64,000 nt of DNA from an uncultured Verrucomicrobiae bacterium. GTDB lineage: Bacteria; Verrucomicrobiota; Verrucomicrobiia; Limisphaerales; Palsa-1400. Below, one piece after another: positions 31,250 to 40,803 of this stretch. The stretch spans positions 688,681-752,680 of the forward strand of contig CAVPOM010000018.1 of the NCBI GenBank assembly GCA_963707025.1. The letters run 5' to 3'. The stretch's first letter is position 1. The number at the start of each line of letters is the position of its first letter. Under the pieces are notes generated by a model, which was not told where the DNA came from, did not search any database, and was given only the letters and a program-made list of their open reading frames with translations. A program made the position numbers and the translations under genes.

Positions 31250-32479
31250 ATGAAAAACAAAAAAATCAAACCAACACGGTCCCGGTTTAACGTTTTGCGC
31301 CAGATTTGCAATCTCATTCCTGCGCATGAAGTCTCCAAAATAGCGCGGGAGACCGGGGCTCTGGATAAGTCGCGCACCTTCAGTCCGTGGAGTCACACGG
31401 TCAGTTTGCTGGACGCGCAACTCACCCATTGCATCGGACTCAACGATCTGTGCGACTCGCTGCAATTGCATTCCGGGCCGCTGTCCACTTTGCGCGGCGC
31501 CAGCGCCCCCAGCCGCAACGGCCTCTCCCACGCCAACCGGGAGCGTCCGGCCCAGATGGCCGAACAACTCTTCTGGCGGGTCCTGGAGCATTTGAAAGCA
31601 CAGACGCCCGGCTTTGCCGCGGGCCAGCGCCGTGGCCCCGCCTTCCGTTTCAAGATGCCCATCCATGTGATTGATAGCACGACCATGGAACTGGTGGCCA
31701 ACTGCCTGGACTGGGCCAAGCACCGCCGGCGCAAGGCCGCCGCCAAAACCCATATGCGGTTGAATCTGCAGAATCTTTTGCCCGGTTTTGTCATTGTGGA
31801 CACTGCCGCCGAGCACGACAACCGACGGGCGCGGGAACTGTGCGCCGACTTGAAGAGCGGCGAAATCGCCTTGTTCGACAAGGGTTATGTGGACTTCGGC
31901 CACTTGCGGGATTTGGACGGGCGCGGGGTCTTTTGGGTGACGCGGGCCAAGGAGAACATGGGCTATGAGGTGGTGCGGAAAATGCCCGCCTCCAGAGACC
32001 CGAAGATTTTGCGCGACGAAGTGATCGTCCTGAGCAACGAGAACAAACCCGCGCCGGAGTTGATGCGCCGGGTGGTGGCGCTGGTCGAGATTGATGGAGA
32101 GGAACGGGAAATGACCTTCCTGACCAACAACCTGGAGTGGAGTCCGCGCAGCGTGGCCGACCTTTACCGCTGCCGCTGGCAGATCGAAGTCTTCTTCAAA
32201 CAAATCAAGCAGACCTTGCAGTTGGCGGATTTTCTGGGCCACAACGCCAACGCCGTGCGCTGGCAGGTGTGGACGGCGCTGTTGACCTACGTGCTGTTGC
32301 GCTACCTCAGTCACCTCTCCAACTGGGCGCACAGCTTCACCCGGCTGTTCACGATTTTGCGGGCGGCGCTCTGGGAGAAATATGATCTGCTCAATTTGCT
32401 GGCGTGCTATGGGACAGCAGGCGGCAGCTTTCGCCACTTGGCGCGGCCCGAGCAGGCGTATTTCCCCGGCTTCCAATAA
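31250..32479 (+). CDS. IS4-family transposase (DUF4372 + DDE)
   Basis: VIDST, LFDKGY, YRCRWQIEVFFKQIK. Confidence 0.93.
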   Translation: MKNKKIKPTRSRFNVLRQICNLIPAHEVSKIARETGALDKSRTFSPWSHTVSLLDAQLTHCIGLNDLCDSLQLHSGPLSTLRGASAPSRNGLSHANRERPAQMAEQLFWRVLEHLKAQTPGFAAGQRRGPAFRFKMPIHVIDSTTMELVANCLDWAKHRRRKAAAKTHMRLNLQNLLPGFVIVDTAAEHDNRRARELCADLKSGEIALFDKGYVDFGHLRDLDGRGVFWVTRAKENMGYEVVRKMPASRDPKILRDEVIVLSNENKPAPELMRRVVALVEIDGEEREMTFLTNNLEWSPRSVADLYRCRWQIEVFFKQIKQTLQLADFLGHNANAVRWQVWTALLTYVLLRYLSHLSNWAHSFTRLFTILRAALWEKYDLLNLLACYGTAGGSFRHLARPEQAYFPGFQ

Positions 32480-33119
32480 AGCTATGGGACAGCACACGCG
32501 CCCAAACAGGCGCATACCAAACCCAAAAGCCAAACTCGGAAAAATCAAAATCTCATTTTACCCCGAAGACCAATTAAACCCTTGCAAATGAACAGGTCAG
32601 CACCAGACTTTTCCCCTTATGAGACGGGTGTGTTTGCCTTCCTTTTTGTGATAGTAAAGACCGCGAACGATGGATTTAATCTCATTTTGAAAGCGAGCAT
32701 AGTCCAACGTGATTTGTCCCGTTTCCTGTCCGCCGATCGAAACTTCTCGAAGGCTTGGCATGAATTTTGGGAGCAAACCAGGCCGGCGAACAAAGCTGCG
32801 GATAACGCTGTCAAACGTGCTCTTAACTAGTTCGTTGGTTCCTCCAGTACACAAGACAATGAACTTTATATATTCGTCGCGCCTACTTTTTCCACAATTA
32901 TGTTCGTCGCAACTCGGAACGGTGATCAGGCCCTTTCGATACTCTGCATCTTCTGGGAAGATGCATTTGGGAGGGACGTGTTCGAGTCCGGTGGCTGATT
33001 TGTTGCACATGTAACAGGTCTTCATCTTTAGAAAAGGAAAAGGGGTCGATCCCGCATAATCGCATATTCCAGTCTTCTTCCCGCATGGCGCAGCAGATTC
33101 GCCTTGCGGCGCAAACCTC

Positions 33120-33473
33120 TCAGGCCGCCGCTTCCAGGACAGCTTCGGGATGCCTTGCCGCGACTCGGAGGAGCACTTGGGCCGCTCCGCTGGGCGTGCG
33201 GCTGCCTTGTTCCCAGTGGTGCAGCGTGCGCACGCTGATGCCCAATAACCGGGCAAACCGGGTCTGGGACAAGCCGAGTTTTTCCCGCGTGGCCGCGATG
33301 CTCTTGTCCCAGGCCGTTTTCTGCGCGCGCCGAAAAGCCTTCGGGTCAATCGCCCGGCGCGTGAAGCCGCCCTTGCCGTCCGGCCGCACCTCCCAAACAT
33401 TTGCCGGGGTGGCCATGCCGCGCTCCATCTTTTCCTTGGCGCGAATCATTTCATTAAGAGTGCGAGATTTCAT
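33120..33473 (-). CDS. XRE/Cro HTH regulator (HigA-like antitoxin, no adjacent toxin seen)
   Basis: REKLGLSQTRFARLLGISVRTLHHWEQG.R.PSGAA. Confidence 0.85.
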   Translation of the reverse strand: MKSRTLNEMIRAKEKMERGMATPANVWEVRPDGKGGFTRRAIDPKAFRRAQKTAWDKSIAATREKLGLSQTRFARLLGISVRTLHHWEQGSRTPSGAAQVLLRVAARHPEAVLEAAA

Positions 33474-33489
33474 AAATGGGTCGCTGCCC

Positions 33490-34086
33490 TCAGAACTCCG
33501 AAAGGAGCGTCGGTTCCAGGCGGCGCTCGTAATCGCCGAGGTGCTTCCCATACAAAGGCCGCAAATCCACCACGGCCCCGGAATGGCTGAACACCTCAAA
33601 GAATTTCTCGTAGTCGCGTCCCCAGTAAACCATGGCGCAGGACATCGGAGCACCCTTGCCCTCGTCGCGGCCTTCGATCAAAAACCGCAGTCTCGTGTCG
33701 TAGAGGAAACAGATCGCGGTGGCGCGCCCGAAAACGTAATTCTTCCAGTGTCCTGTGTTGGTTGCGACCGGCACCAGGGCAATCACCTCGGAGGAGTGCT
33801 GCCGGTGGGCGGCCGCGCACCGATACAGCCAGTGTTTTATCGAAGTGCCCCGCTCCTGATCAATGCCATAAGGCGGATTCACAAAGATGGTGGGAAAATC
33901 CCACGATTCTTTCAGGCCGTCCTGCTGCGGCAGACAATACCCAACGCGCGCGCCGACCACTGAATGTTCATTTGAGCACGGATCAAGCTCTATGTCGCCC
34001 CCAAACACCTTTTTAACAGATGTGACATATTCCTTGGGTGTGCCCCAATCCTGACTGAGGGTGTTGATGGTGCGTCCTGCGCTCAT
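33490..34086 (-). CDS. DNA N6-adenine methyltransferase (phage Dam-like family)
   Basis: DWGTP, LDPCS, DGL..SW, FVNPPY; ATGA overlap with upstream nuclease stop. Confidence 0.88.
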   Translation of the reverse strand: MSAGRTINTLSQDWGTPKEYVTSVKKVFGGDIELDPCSNEHSVVGARVGYCLPQQDGLKESWDFPTIFVNPPYGIDQERGTSIKHWLYRCAAAHRQHSSEVIALVPVATNTGHWKNYVFGRATAICFLYDTRLRFLIEGRDEGKGAPMSCAMVYWGRDYEKFFEVFSHSGAVVDLRPLYGKHLGDYERRLEPTLLSEF

Positions 34087-34189
34087 TTTCCAAGGATTTT
34101 CATCCAATCTTTGCCATTCAAGATCTTAAGCTCCTCCTGGAGTTTTTTCAGGCTCCGACCTTTGGGTGTAATCACGTTAAACCACGATT

Positions 34190-35640
34190 CACACCCGTCT
34201 CATAAGGGGAAAAGTCTGGTGCTGACCTGTTCATTTGCAAGGGTTTAATTGGTCTTCGGGGTAAAATGAGATTTTGATTTTTCCGAGTTTGGCTTTTGGG
34301 TTTGGTATGCGCCTGTTTGGGCGCGTGTGCTGTCCCATAGCTTTATTGGAAGCCGGGGAAATACGCCTGCTCGGGCCGCGCCAAGTGGCGAAAGCTGCCG
34401 CCTGCTGTCCCATAGCACGCCAGCAAATTGAGCAGATCATATTTCTCCCAGAGCGCCGCCCGCAAAATCGTGAACAGCCGGGTGAAGCTGTGCGCCCAGT
34501 TGGAGAGGTGACTGAGGTAGCGCAACAGCACGTAGGTCAACAGCGCCGTCCACACCTGCCAGCGCACGGCGTTGGCGTTGTGGCCCAGAAAATCCGCCAA
34601 CTGCAAGGTCTGCTTGATTTGTTTGAAGAAGACTTCGATCTGCCAGCGGCAGCGGTAAAGGTCGGCCACGCTGCGCGGACTCCACTCCAGGTTGTTGGTC
34701 AGGAAGGTCATTTCCCGTTCCTCTCCATCAATCTCGACCAGCGCCACCACCCGGCGCATCAACTCCGGCGCGGGTTTGTTCTCGTTGCTCAGGACGATCA
34801 CTTCGTCGCGCAAAATCTTCGGGTCTCTGGAGGCGGGCATTTTCCGCACCACCTCATAGCCCATGTTCTCCTTGGCCCGCGTCACCCAAAAGACCCCGCG
34901 CCCGTCCAAATCCCGCAAGTGGCCGAAGTCCACATAACCCTTGTCGAACAAGGCGATTTCGCCGCTCTTCAAGTCGGCGCACAGTTCCCGCGCCCGTCGG
35001 TTGTCGTGCTCGGCGGCAGTGTCCACAATGACAAAACCGGGCAAAAGATTCTGCAGATTCAACCGCATATGGGTTTTGGCGGCGGCCTTGCGCCGGCGGT
35101 GCTTGGCCCAGTCCAGGCAGTTGGCCACCAGTTCCATGGTCGTGCTATCAATCACATGGATGGGCATCTTGAAACGGAAGGCGGGGCCACGGCGCTGGCC
35201 CGCGGCAAAGCCGGGCGTCTGTGCTTTCAAATGCTCCAGGACCCGCCAGAAGAGTTGTTCGGCCATCTGGGCCGGACGCTCCCGGTTGGCGTGGGAGAGG
35301 CCGTTGCGGCTGGGGGCGCTGGCGCCGCGCAAAGTGGACAGCGGCCCGGAATGCAATTGCAGCGAGTCGCACAGATCGTTGAGTCCGATGCAATGGGTGA
35401 GTTGCGCGTCCAGCAAACTGACCGTGTGACTCCACGGACTGAAGGTGCGCGACTTATCCAGAGCCCCGGTCTCCCGCGCTATTTTGGAGACTTCATGCGC
35501 AGGAATGAGATTGCAAATCTGGCGCAAAACGTTAAACCGGGACCGTGTTGGTTTGATTTTTTTGTTTTTCATGCCTGCCTTGTGGCAGGTTCAAATGGTC
35601 AAGCCAACACTTTTTTCCAATTTCCTGTGGGATGGCTGTG
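34190..35640 (-). mobile_element. IS4-family element, copy 2 (1451 bp)
   Basis: Ends CACAGCCATCCCA / CACACCCGTCTCA; 9-bp TSD ACCACGATT. Confidence 0.95.
34343..35572 (-). CDS. IS4-family transposase
   Basis: Identical 409-aa translation to copy 1. Confidence 0.93.
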   Translation of the reverse strand: MKNKKIKPTRSRFNVLRQICNLIPAHEVSKIARETGALDKSRTFSPWSHTVSLLDAQLTHCIGLNDLCDSLQLHSGPLSTLRGASAPSRNGLSHANRERPAQMAEQLFWRVLEHLKAQTPGFAAGQRRGPAFRFKMPIHVIDSTTMELVANCLDWAKHRRRKAAAKTHMRLNLQNLLPGFVIVDTAAEHDNRRARELCADLKSGEIALFDKGYVDFGHLRDLDGRGVFWVTRAKENMGYEVVRKMPASRDPKILRDEVIVLSNENKPAPELMRRVVALVEIDGEEREMTFLTNNLEWSPRSVADLYRCRWQIEVFFKQIKQTLQLADFLGHNANAVRWQVWTALLTYVLLRYLSHLSNWAHSFTRLFTILRAALWEKYDLLNLLACYGTAGGSFRHLARPEQAYFPGFQ

Positions 35641-36869
35641 ACCACGATTCGATGCTTGCCGCATGCGCCGTGAAGTAGTTTCTCAGCACTATGTCCGCCT
35701 TCACATCCATTTTCACTTTCGTAAACCGATTCGCCTTGGCTCCGGGGCCGTAGCTTTGCTGGAAAGCGGCCCGCGCGTCCGCCAGTTCCGGGGTGGGAGA
35801 CAAAAGGAGCTCGCTCACAAATTCACCCAAACCCTGGTCGGTCAAAAAAAGCAGCCAGTCATACGACTGCGCCAGGACTTTCAACTCCTTGTTATGGTCT
35901 TCTGCCGTGAACCAGTTGCCATGATTGCTGACGACTCCAACCGTGAGGATGAAATCACGCAGCATCGCGGGGTTGTTCGAGGTTGTCACCTCCGCCAGCA
36001 GTTGATCATATTGCTTATGATAAAAGCTGCCATCGGGCAACTGGATCATTCCCCCGATTTGTCCGTTGCTGCATCGTACCTTCTGGAGGCCGGAGACCGA
36101 CCTCGCCACATAAGCCCCCTGCTTCGCCTTCTCTATGGATTGCGGCCCCTTTTTCATCCCCTCTTCCACCCCAACCCGCTTGCACTCGAAAATCGCGAAC
36201 GGGTGCTGTCCAAGCACCGTTACCGTCAGCGCATACTGGTCATCTTTTGTCTCATCCACGCTTGCAATGCAAAAGGCAGTCCGAGATTCCCCGAAGGTGC
36301 AGGCATTCCTCAAAACTCCGTCCTTGCTCAGAACCTGTGCATTCTTGGCCGCGAGGTCCTCATGGGCGAAACCCAAGCTTTCCAAGGCTCGGCGCATTTT
36401 TGCTGTGGTCAAGGGGAGGGTGAATTTTTGCAGGGGTATGCGCTGTTGACGCAGAATGGGGTGCAGTGAGAATTCCACTTGATGCGTAATACCCGGGTTT
36501 GCATATTCGCCCAGCGAACGCTCAATACCAAGATTCTCGCGGAAACCCCATCCCTTCAGCGCGTAATAAGTGATGATCTCCACCAACGTGCCAAGAGCTC
36601 TGCCTGCTGCCTTTTTTCTGTCCTTCGCGTAATGAAACACCTTCTCCACGAGGACACGCTGCAAAGCATCTATAGACTCATAACTCATTTCGTCGGGATT
36701 GTAGGAGCTTCAGCGTGCCAGGCAACCTCAAAGTTGATTGGGCCGGTTGCCGCCGTGTGTTCTGCCAGAGTCTTGTTTGCCAATGCCCGCAATTCACTTT
36801 CCTCGAATGGGGAATAACAGGGAGCAACTTATCGAAGACCTGACCGATCTGATGAAGGGCGGTAAGTTG

Positions 36870-36950
36870 GATGTAACAAAATGTAACGGGGTGTAACGGG
36901 GGCAGTTTTCGTAAACCGTTGATAATCAACAACTGTAACGGTGTAACGGG
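36870..36950 (+). repeat. TGTAAC-iterated element, copy 1
   Basis: Five TGTAAC units around a GTTGATAATCAAC palindrome; inverted homolog at 42856-42944. Confidence 0.75.
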
Positions 36951-37232
36951 TGTGGCGCATCTCACCCTGCCTGCATGAGTGGGCGTCGAACAAGTCGTCC
37001 CCCACACTTGCAGGCCAACCCAAAGTCAGCGGAGAGAAAAGGCAAGGGGACGCCAGTCCTGCAGTCGCTCGCAGGCTCGCTTTGTGCAGGAAGGCCGTGG
37101 ACGCGCTCTCAGAACACCGCCCCTTATCCGCGTTAATCTGCGTCCATCTGCGGTTAATTCCGGATTCGGTTGCGGTTTGGCGCCAGGGATCTTTGCGCCG
37201 TAATACTCCGCCCCTTGCCGGGCAAGGCGCGG

Positions 37233-38609
37233 TTAAATACTCCAGCCATTCCGGTATTCGGCGCGAACATACTGGTTGGCTTCGGGCAAATTGCTCACCT
37301 TCATATTCGGGCCGTCCCACTCAATGGGCGCGTCCACCCGTTTGGCCAGATTGCCCAGCAGGCAGATTTCGGTGAGCAAGGCGGCGTATTCGAAGTTGGA
37401 GCCGGCTTTGCGGCCTTCTTGGCAGGCACGCACCCATTCCATCTCGTGGCCTTCGCCCGGAATGCGGGCAATGCTCTTGGGCGGACGTTGGTAGTCCCTG
37501 GCCAGACTGGCCGGCAGGAGCATCGGGCGCTCGTCGTAAACGCCCGCCATGATCTTGCCCTTGCTGCCATGAAAAATGATGCCGCCCTCTTTTGGCATGT
37601 CCCAGCCCTTGTCCAAGCCTTCGGGCCAGGGGGCGCGCAACCCCTCCCACCAGGTCAGCTTCACCGGCGGCAGATTCTCCCGCGCGGGAAATTCATAGGT
37701 GACCATCGCCGAGACAGGATGCACGTCGGCATTGAGGCCGCAGGAGCTGGCCTGGATGCGCGCGGGGTAACCGAGCTTCAGCGCCCAGACGGCGGCATCC
37801 AGCGTGTGCGCGCCCCGGTCTCCCATCATGCCGTTGCCGAAATCCCACCAGGCCCGCCACACGCTGGGAAGATAAGCGGGGTGATAGGGGCGCGGCCGGG
37901 CCGGTCCCAGCCACAAATCCCAGTTCAAGGTCGGGGGCACAGCCGGGGTGTCGGCGGGACGCTGGCTCCATTTGGTGCTCCACCACTCATGACCCCAAGG
38001 GTAGTAAGACAGATCACACCATGCCTCCACCTCGCGCACTTCCCCGATGGCGCCGTCCCATATCCATTCACAGATTAACCGGACGCCCTCGGCGGAATGG
38101 CCTTGATTGCCCATCTGGGTCGTGACCCGCGAGCCCTTGGCCGCTTGCGCCAGCTTGCGCGCTTCGAAGACATCGTGGGTGAGCGGCTTCTGGCAGTAAA
38201 CGTGTTTGCCAGCGCCCATGGCGGCCAGGGCGATGACCGCATGCGTGTGGTCGGGGGTGGCGATGACCACCGCCTCGATGTCCTTCTGCTTGTCCAGCAT
38301 CTCCCGGTAGTCGGTCCAGACTCGCGCTTTGGGATACTTTTTGAACGTTTTGGCGGCAAAGTCCTGGTCCACATCGCAGAGCGCCACGATGTTTTGGCCC
38401 GCCAGGTTCGCAAGGTTGGCCGCCCCCATGCCCCCCACGCCGATGCCGGCGATGTTGAGCCTATCACTGGGCGGACCTTCGCCCACTCCAAGCGCCTGCC
38501 GGGGTGCAAGCGTCCAGGCGCCGGCTGCGCATGCGCCGGCAACCAGAAAGTCACGCCGGCTGACAGCCCGGGAATCGGGACCATCTGAATGTATGGTTTG
38601 TGTTTTCAT
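37233..38609 (-). CDS. Gfo/Idh/MocA oxidoreductase with Tat signal
   Basis: SRRDFL, GIGVGGMG, ATPDHTH, YCQKPL. Confidence 0.92.
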   Translation of the reverse strand: MKTQTIHSDGPDSRAVSRRDFLVAGACAAGAWTLAPRQALGVGEGPPSDRLNIAGIGVGGMGAANLANLAGQNIVALCDVDQDFAAKTFKKYPKARVWTDYREMLDKQKDIEAVVIATPDHTHAVIALAAMGAGKHVYCQKPLTHDVFEARKLAQAAKGSRVTTQMGNQGHSAEGVRLICEWIWDGAIGEVREVEAWCDLSYYPWGHEWWSTKWSQRPADTPAVPPTLNWDLWLGPARPRPYHPAYLPSVWRAWWDFGNGMMGDRGAHTLDAAVWALKLGYPARIQASSCGLNADVHPVSAMVTYEFPARENLPPVKLTWWEGLRAPWPEGLDKGWDMPKEGGIIFHGSKGKIMAGVYDERPMLLPASLARDYQRPPKSIARIPGEGHEMEWVRACQEGRKAGSNFEYAALLTEICLLGNLAKRVDAPIEWDGPNMKVSNLPEANQYVRAEYRNGWSI

Positions 38610-38689
38610 CGCTGCAAACTTTGGCGCAGGGCGCAGCAGGTCCGCCAAGAGGCTGTCCGCACCCAAGTTCAATCGTTCGCCCGTCCGCT

Positions 38690-40135
38690 TCAGCCCAATT
38701 TCCACGGGGGACGGTAGGGGCGCGTCATCAGTTTGGCGGCCTCGGCATCGCCGATGATCTTTTCGTGTTTGGCGTCCCAGCGGATCTTCCGGCCCACCAG
38801 CATCGAGATCAATCCCAGGTGGCCGGGGATGGTGGAATGATGGCCGGTCTCCACCGGGCATATCGTCGGCTTGCGCGATTTGACGCAATCCAGGAAGTTT
38901 TGCTGGTGGTTTCTGGAATGATACAGCTTGACCTTGCGCAGCGCCTCGGGCAAATCCCGCACGTCCTCCCATTCGGTGTTGGAGGCTTTGAATTTATCCC
39001 GATCCACCCACACCCAGCCGTCCGTGCCGATCCATTTTGTCCCGTCCTTGATGTCATTGTGTCCGCCGGCAATCGTCATGGCGATGTCCTTCGGGTATTT
39101 CAGTTCAAGGCGATATTTAGTGCAGGTGTTCCAAATCGCGTTGGCGGCGGGAAATTCGCCGTGGCCTTCGACCTCGTACGGGCCGGAATTGTCGCAATCC
39201 ATTCCCCAGTGCGCGATGTCGCAATGGTGCCCGACCCAGTCCATCAACTGCCCGCCGCCGCAGTTGTAGTTCCAGCGCCAGTTCTTGAAGATGCGGGCCT
39301 TGATGTAAGGCTCCTGGCGCGAGGGACCCAGCCACATGTTGTAATCAAAGCCCTCCGGCGGCTCGGTAACTGCGGCGTCCCAGGCGGCGGTGCCGGGGAC
39401 GATCGTCTCCAGGGTCACTTTCTGCGGGGGATCGAGCAGCGCCAGCTTGTCCAACAGCGCTTTGCCCTGCCTGTCGTTGTCGCTGTGGCCGCTGGGCAGG
39501 CCCACTTCCACCCGGGTGATTTTGCCGATCAGCCCGTTGCGCACAATCTCGGCCGCCTTTTGAAAATTGTCTTTGGACCGTTGCCAGGAACCGGTCTGCC
39601 AGATGCGGTGATGCTGTTGCACGGCTTTGACGATGTTTTGCTGCTCGGCAATGGTGCGGGCCAGCGGCTTTTCCCCGTAAATATCCTTGCCGCGCCGGGC
39701 GGCCTCGGTGGCGACCAGTTCGTGCCAGTGATCCGGCACGGCCAGCATCACGGCGTCAATGTCGTCGCGCGCCATCATTTCGCGGTAATCGTGATAGGCC
39801 TTGCAGTCCTCGTTTTGATAGTGATCGTTGATCTTGTTGACCGCGCTTCGCAAATGGCCTCTGTCCAGATCGCAGGCGGCGACCACCTGGCAATCCTTGG
39901 AAGCCAGAAACTGATTGGTGTTGTCCGGCCCCTGCCAGCCCCAGCCCACCACGCCCAGCGTGATGCGGTTGGAAGGCCGGGGGCGGCTGCCCAGCCCCAC
40001 GGCGCAGCCGGGAACAAATATGGGCAGCGCCAGCGCCGCCCCGGTGGTGGCAATAAAGCGGCGGCGATTGACGCGGCGCAGGGAGGGTGGATTGGAGTTT
40101 TGTCCTTGTGGACGCGATGGAGAGTGCGGTGACAT
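38690..40135 (-). CDS. Gfo/Idh/MocA oxidoreductase with Tat signal
   Basis: NRRRFI, VVGWGWQG, AVPDHWH, YGEKPL. Confidence 0.92.
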   Translation of the reverse strand: MSPHSPSRPQGQNSNPPSLRRVNRRRFIATTGAALALPIFVPGCAVGLGSRPRPSNRITLGVVGWGWQGPDNTNQFLASKDCQVVAACDLDRGHLRSAVNKINDHYQNEDCKAYHDYREMMARDDIDAVMLAVPDHWHELVATEAARRGKDIYGEKPLARTIAEQQNIVKAVQQHHRIWQTGSWQRSKDNFQKAAEIVRNGLIGKITRVEVGLPSGHSDNDRQGKALLDKLALLDPPQKVTLETIVPGTAAWDAAVTEPPEGFDYNMWLGPSRQEPYIKARIFKNWRWNYNCGGGQLMDWVGHHCDIAHWGMDCDNSGPYEVEGHGEFPAANAIWNTCTKYRLELKYPKDIAMTIAGGHNDIKDGTKWIGTDGWVWVDRDKFKASNTEWEDVRDLPEALRKVKLYHSRNHQQNFLDCVKSRKPTICPVETGHHSTIPGHLGLISMLVGRKIRWDAKHEKIIGDAEAAKLMTRPYRPPWKLG

Positions 40136-40803
40136 GAAAGCAGTATGAATCGGAGGCCGTGGCCCGGCAAGCAGAAAAGGGGTAGTGTGGTTTCAGCTAG
40201 TTTCACTTCCCGACCCCAGGAGGTCCCATGCGCCAAACGGCAATTCTCCTGAGAATCGTCAAATTCGGACCCGTTCGCCAGTTCGCGGATTTGCCGCCCT
40301 GCCGCATTTTGCCTTCGCCCTGCCTTCCGCCCATGCGCCATCACAGTATTCTTTTGGGGCGATGGCCAACCATTGTTTGGCGGGACGAGAGCAATTTTGG
40401 ACAAGCTTTTTTCCCATATTTCTCTGGTTGCGATCAAGAATCGCCTTAAGTTGGATGCTTGTTCACAAGGGACATAAGCTATTTGCATGAAGATTCTTTG
40501 CACGGGTGTGTGCCGCCCAACGGACCATAAGACGAAGACGCGGCGGCCGTCTCGCCCCGCCCACGGCTACATAGTGGAGCCATTGCCTCAAACTGTATAT
40601 GGGGTGAACACCTTATAGCCCACGGGGCGGCCGGCGTGTTAAAGTATCATTGCGGACAAGAATAATCGGACAAAATAAACAAACATGATGACCAAAAACA
40701 ACGCCATCGCGGCCATCGTCAAGTCCCGCGCCGAAGCCGAAGCGGCCGTCCCGGAATGGCACGGCCTCAAACCGGCGTGTCCATGATGACCTGAGTTGTT
40801 CCA

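Larger units (their letters stand above)
29685..32632 (+). mobile_element. IS4-family element, copy 1 (1451 bp net) carrying IS3 copy 2 in its left end
   Basis: CACAGCC at 29685 resumes as ATCCCACAGG at 31189; right end GGGTGTG; 9-bp TSD TTTGCCTTC. Confidence 0.93.
29424..33025 (-). pseudogene. HNH-like zinc-binding endonuclease split by the IS4/IS3 nest
   Basis: N-part CYMC...EHVPPKC...VPSCDEHN (33025-32633) joins in frame at KEGK to C-part CKLLGD... (29675-29424) once the IS and one TSD copy are removed. Confidence 0.8.
34083..36688 (-). pseudogene. Putative Type II restriction endonuclease (PD-(D/E)XK) interrupted near its C-terminus by IS4
   Basis: IFECKRVG motif; frame resumes after the IS as ESWFNVITPKG...KILGK-stop overlapping the MTase start. 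Confidence 0.7.

Noticed and set aside
32597..33400. 267-aa ORF as predicted
   Set aside because: Its N-terminal part overlaps the HTH gene in another frame and its C-terminus runs into IS4; the real gene starts at 33025 and continues at 29675
36870..36950. CRISPR array
   Set aside because: Units are 6-10 bp with no 25-40-bp repeat/unique spacer pattern, and no cas genes are present
40686..40787. Short ORF resembling a general-stress-protein N-terminus
   Set aside because: Only ~33 codons; similarity too weak to support
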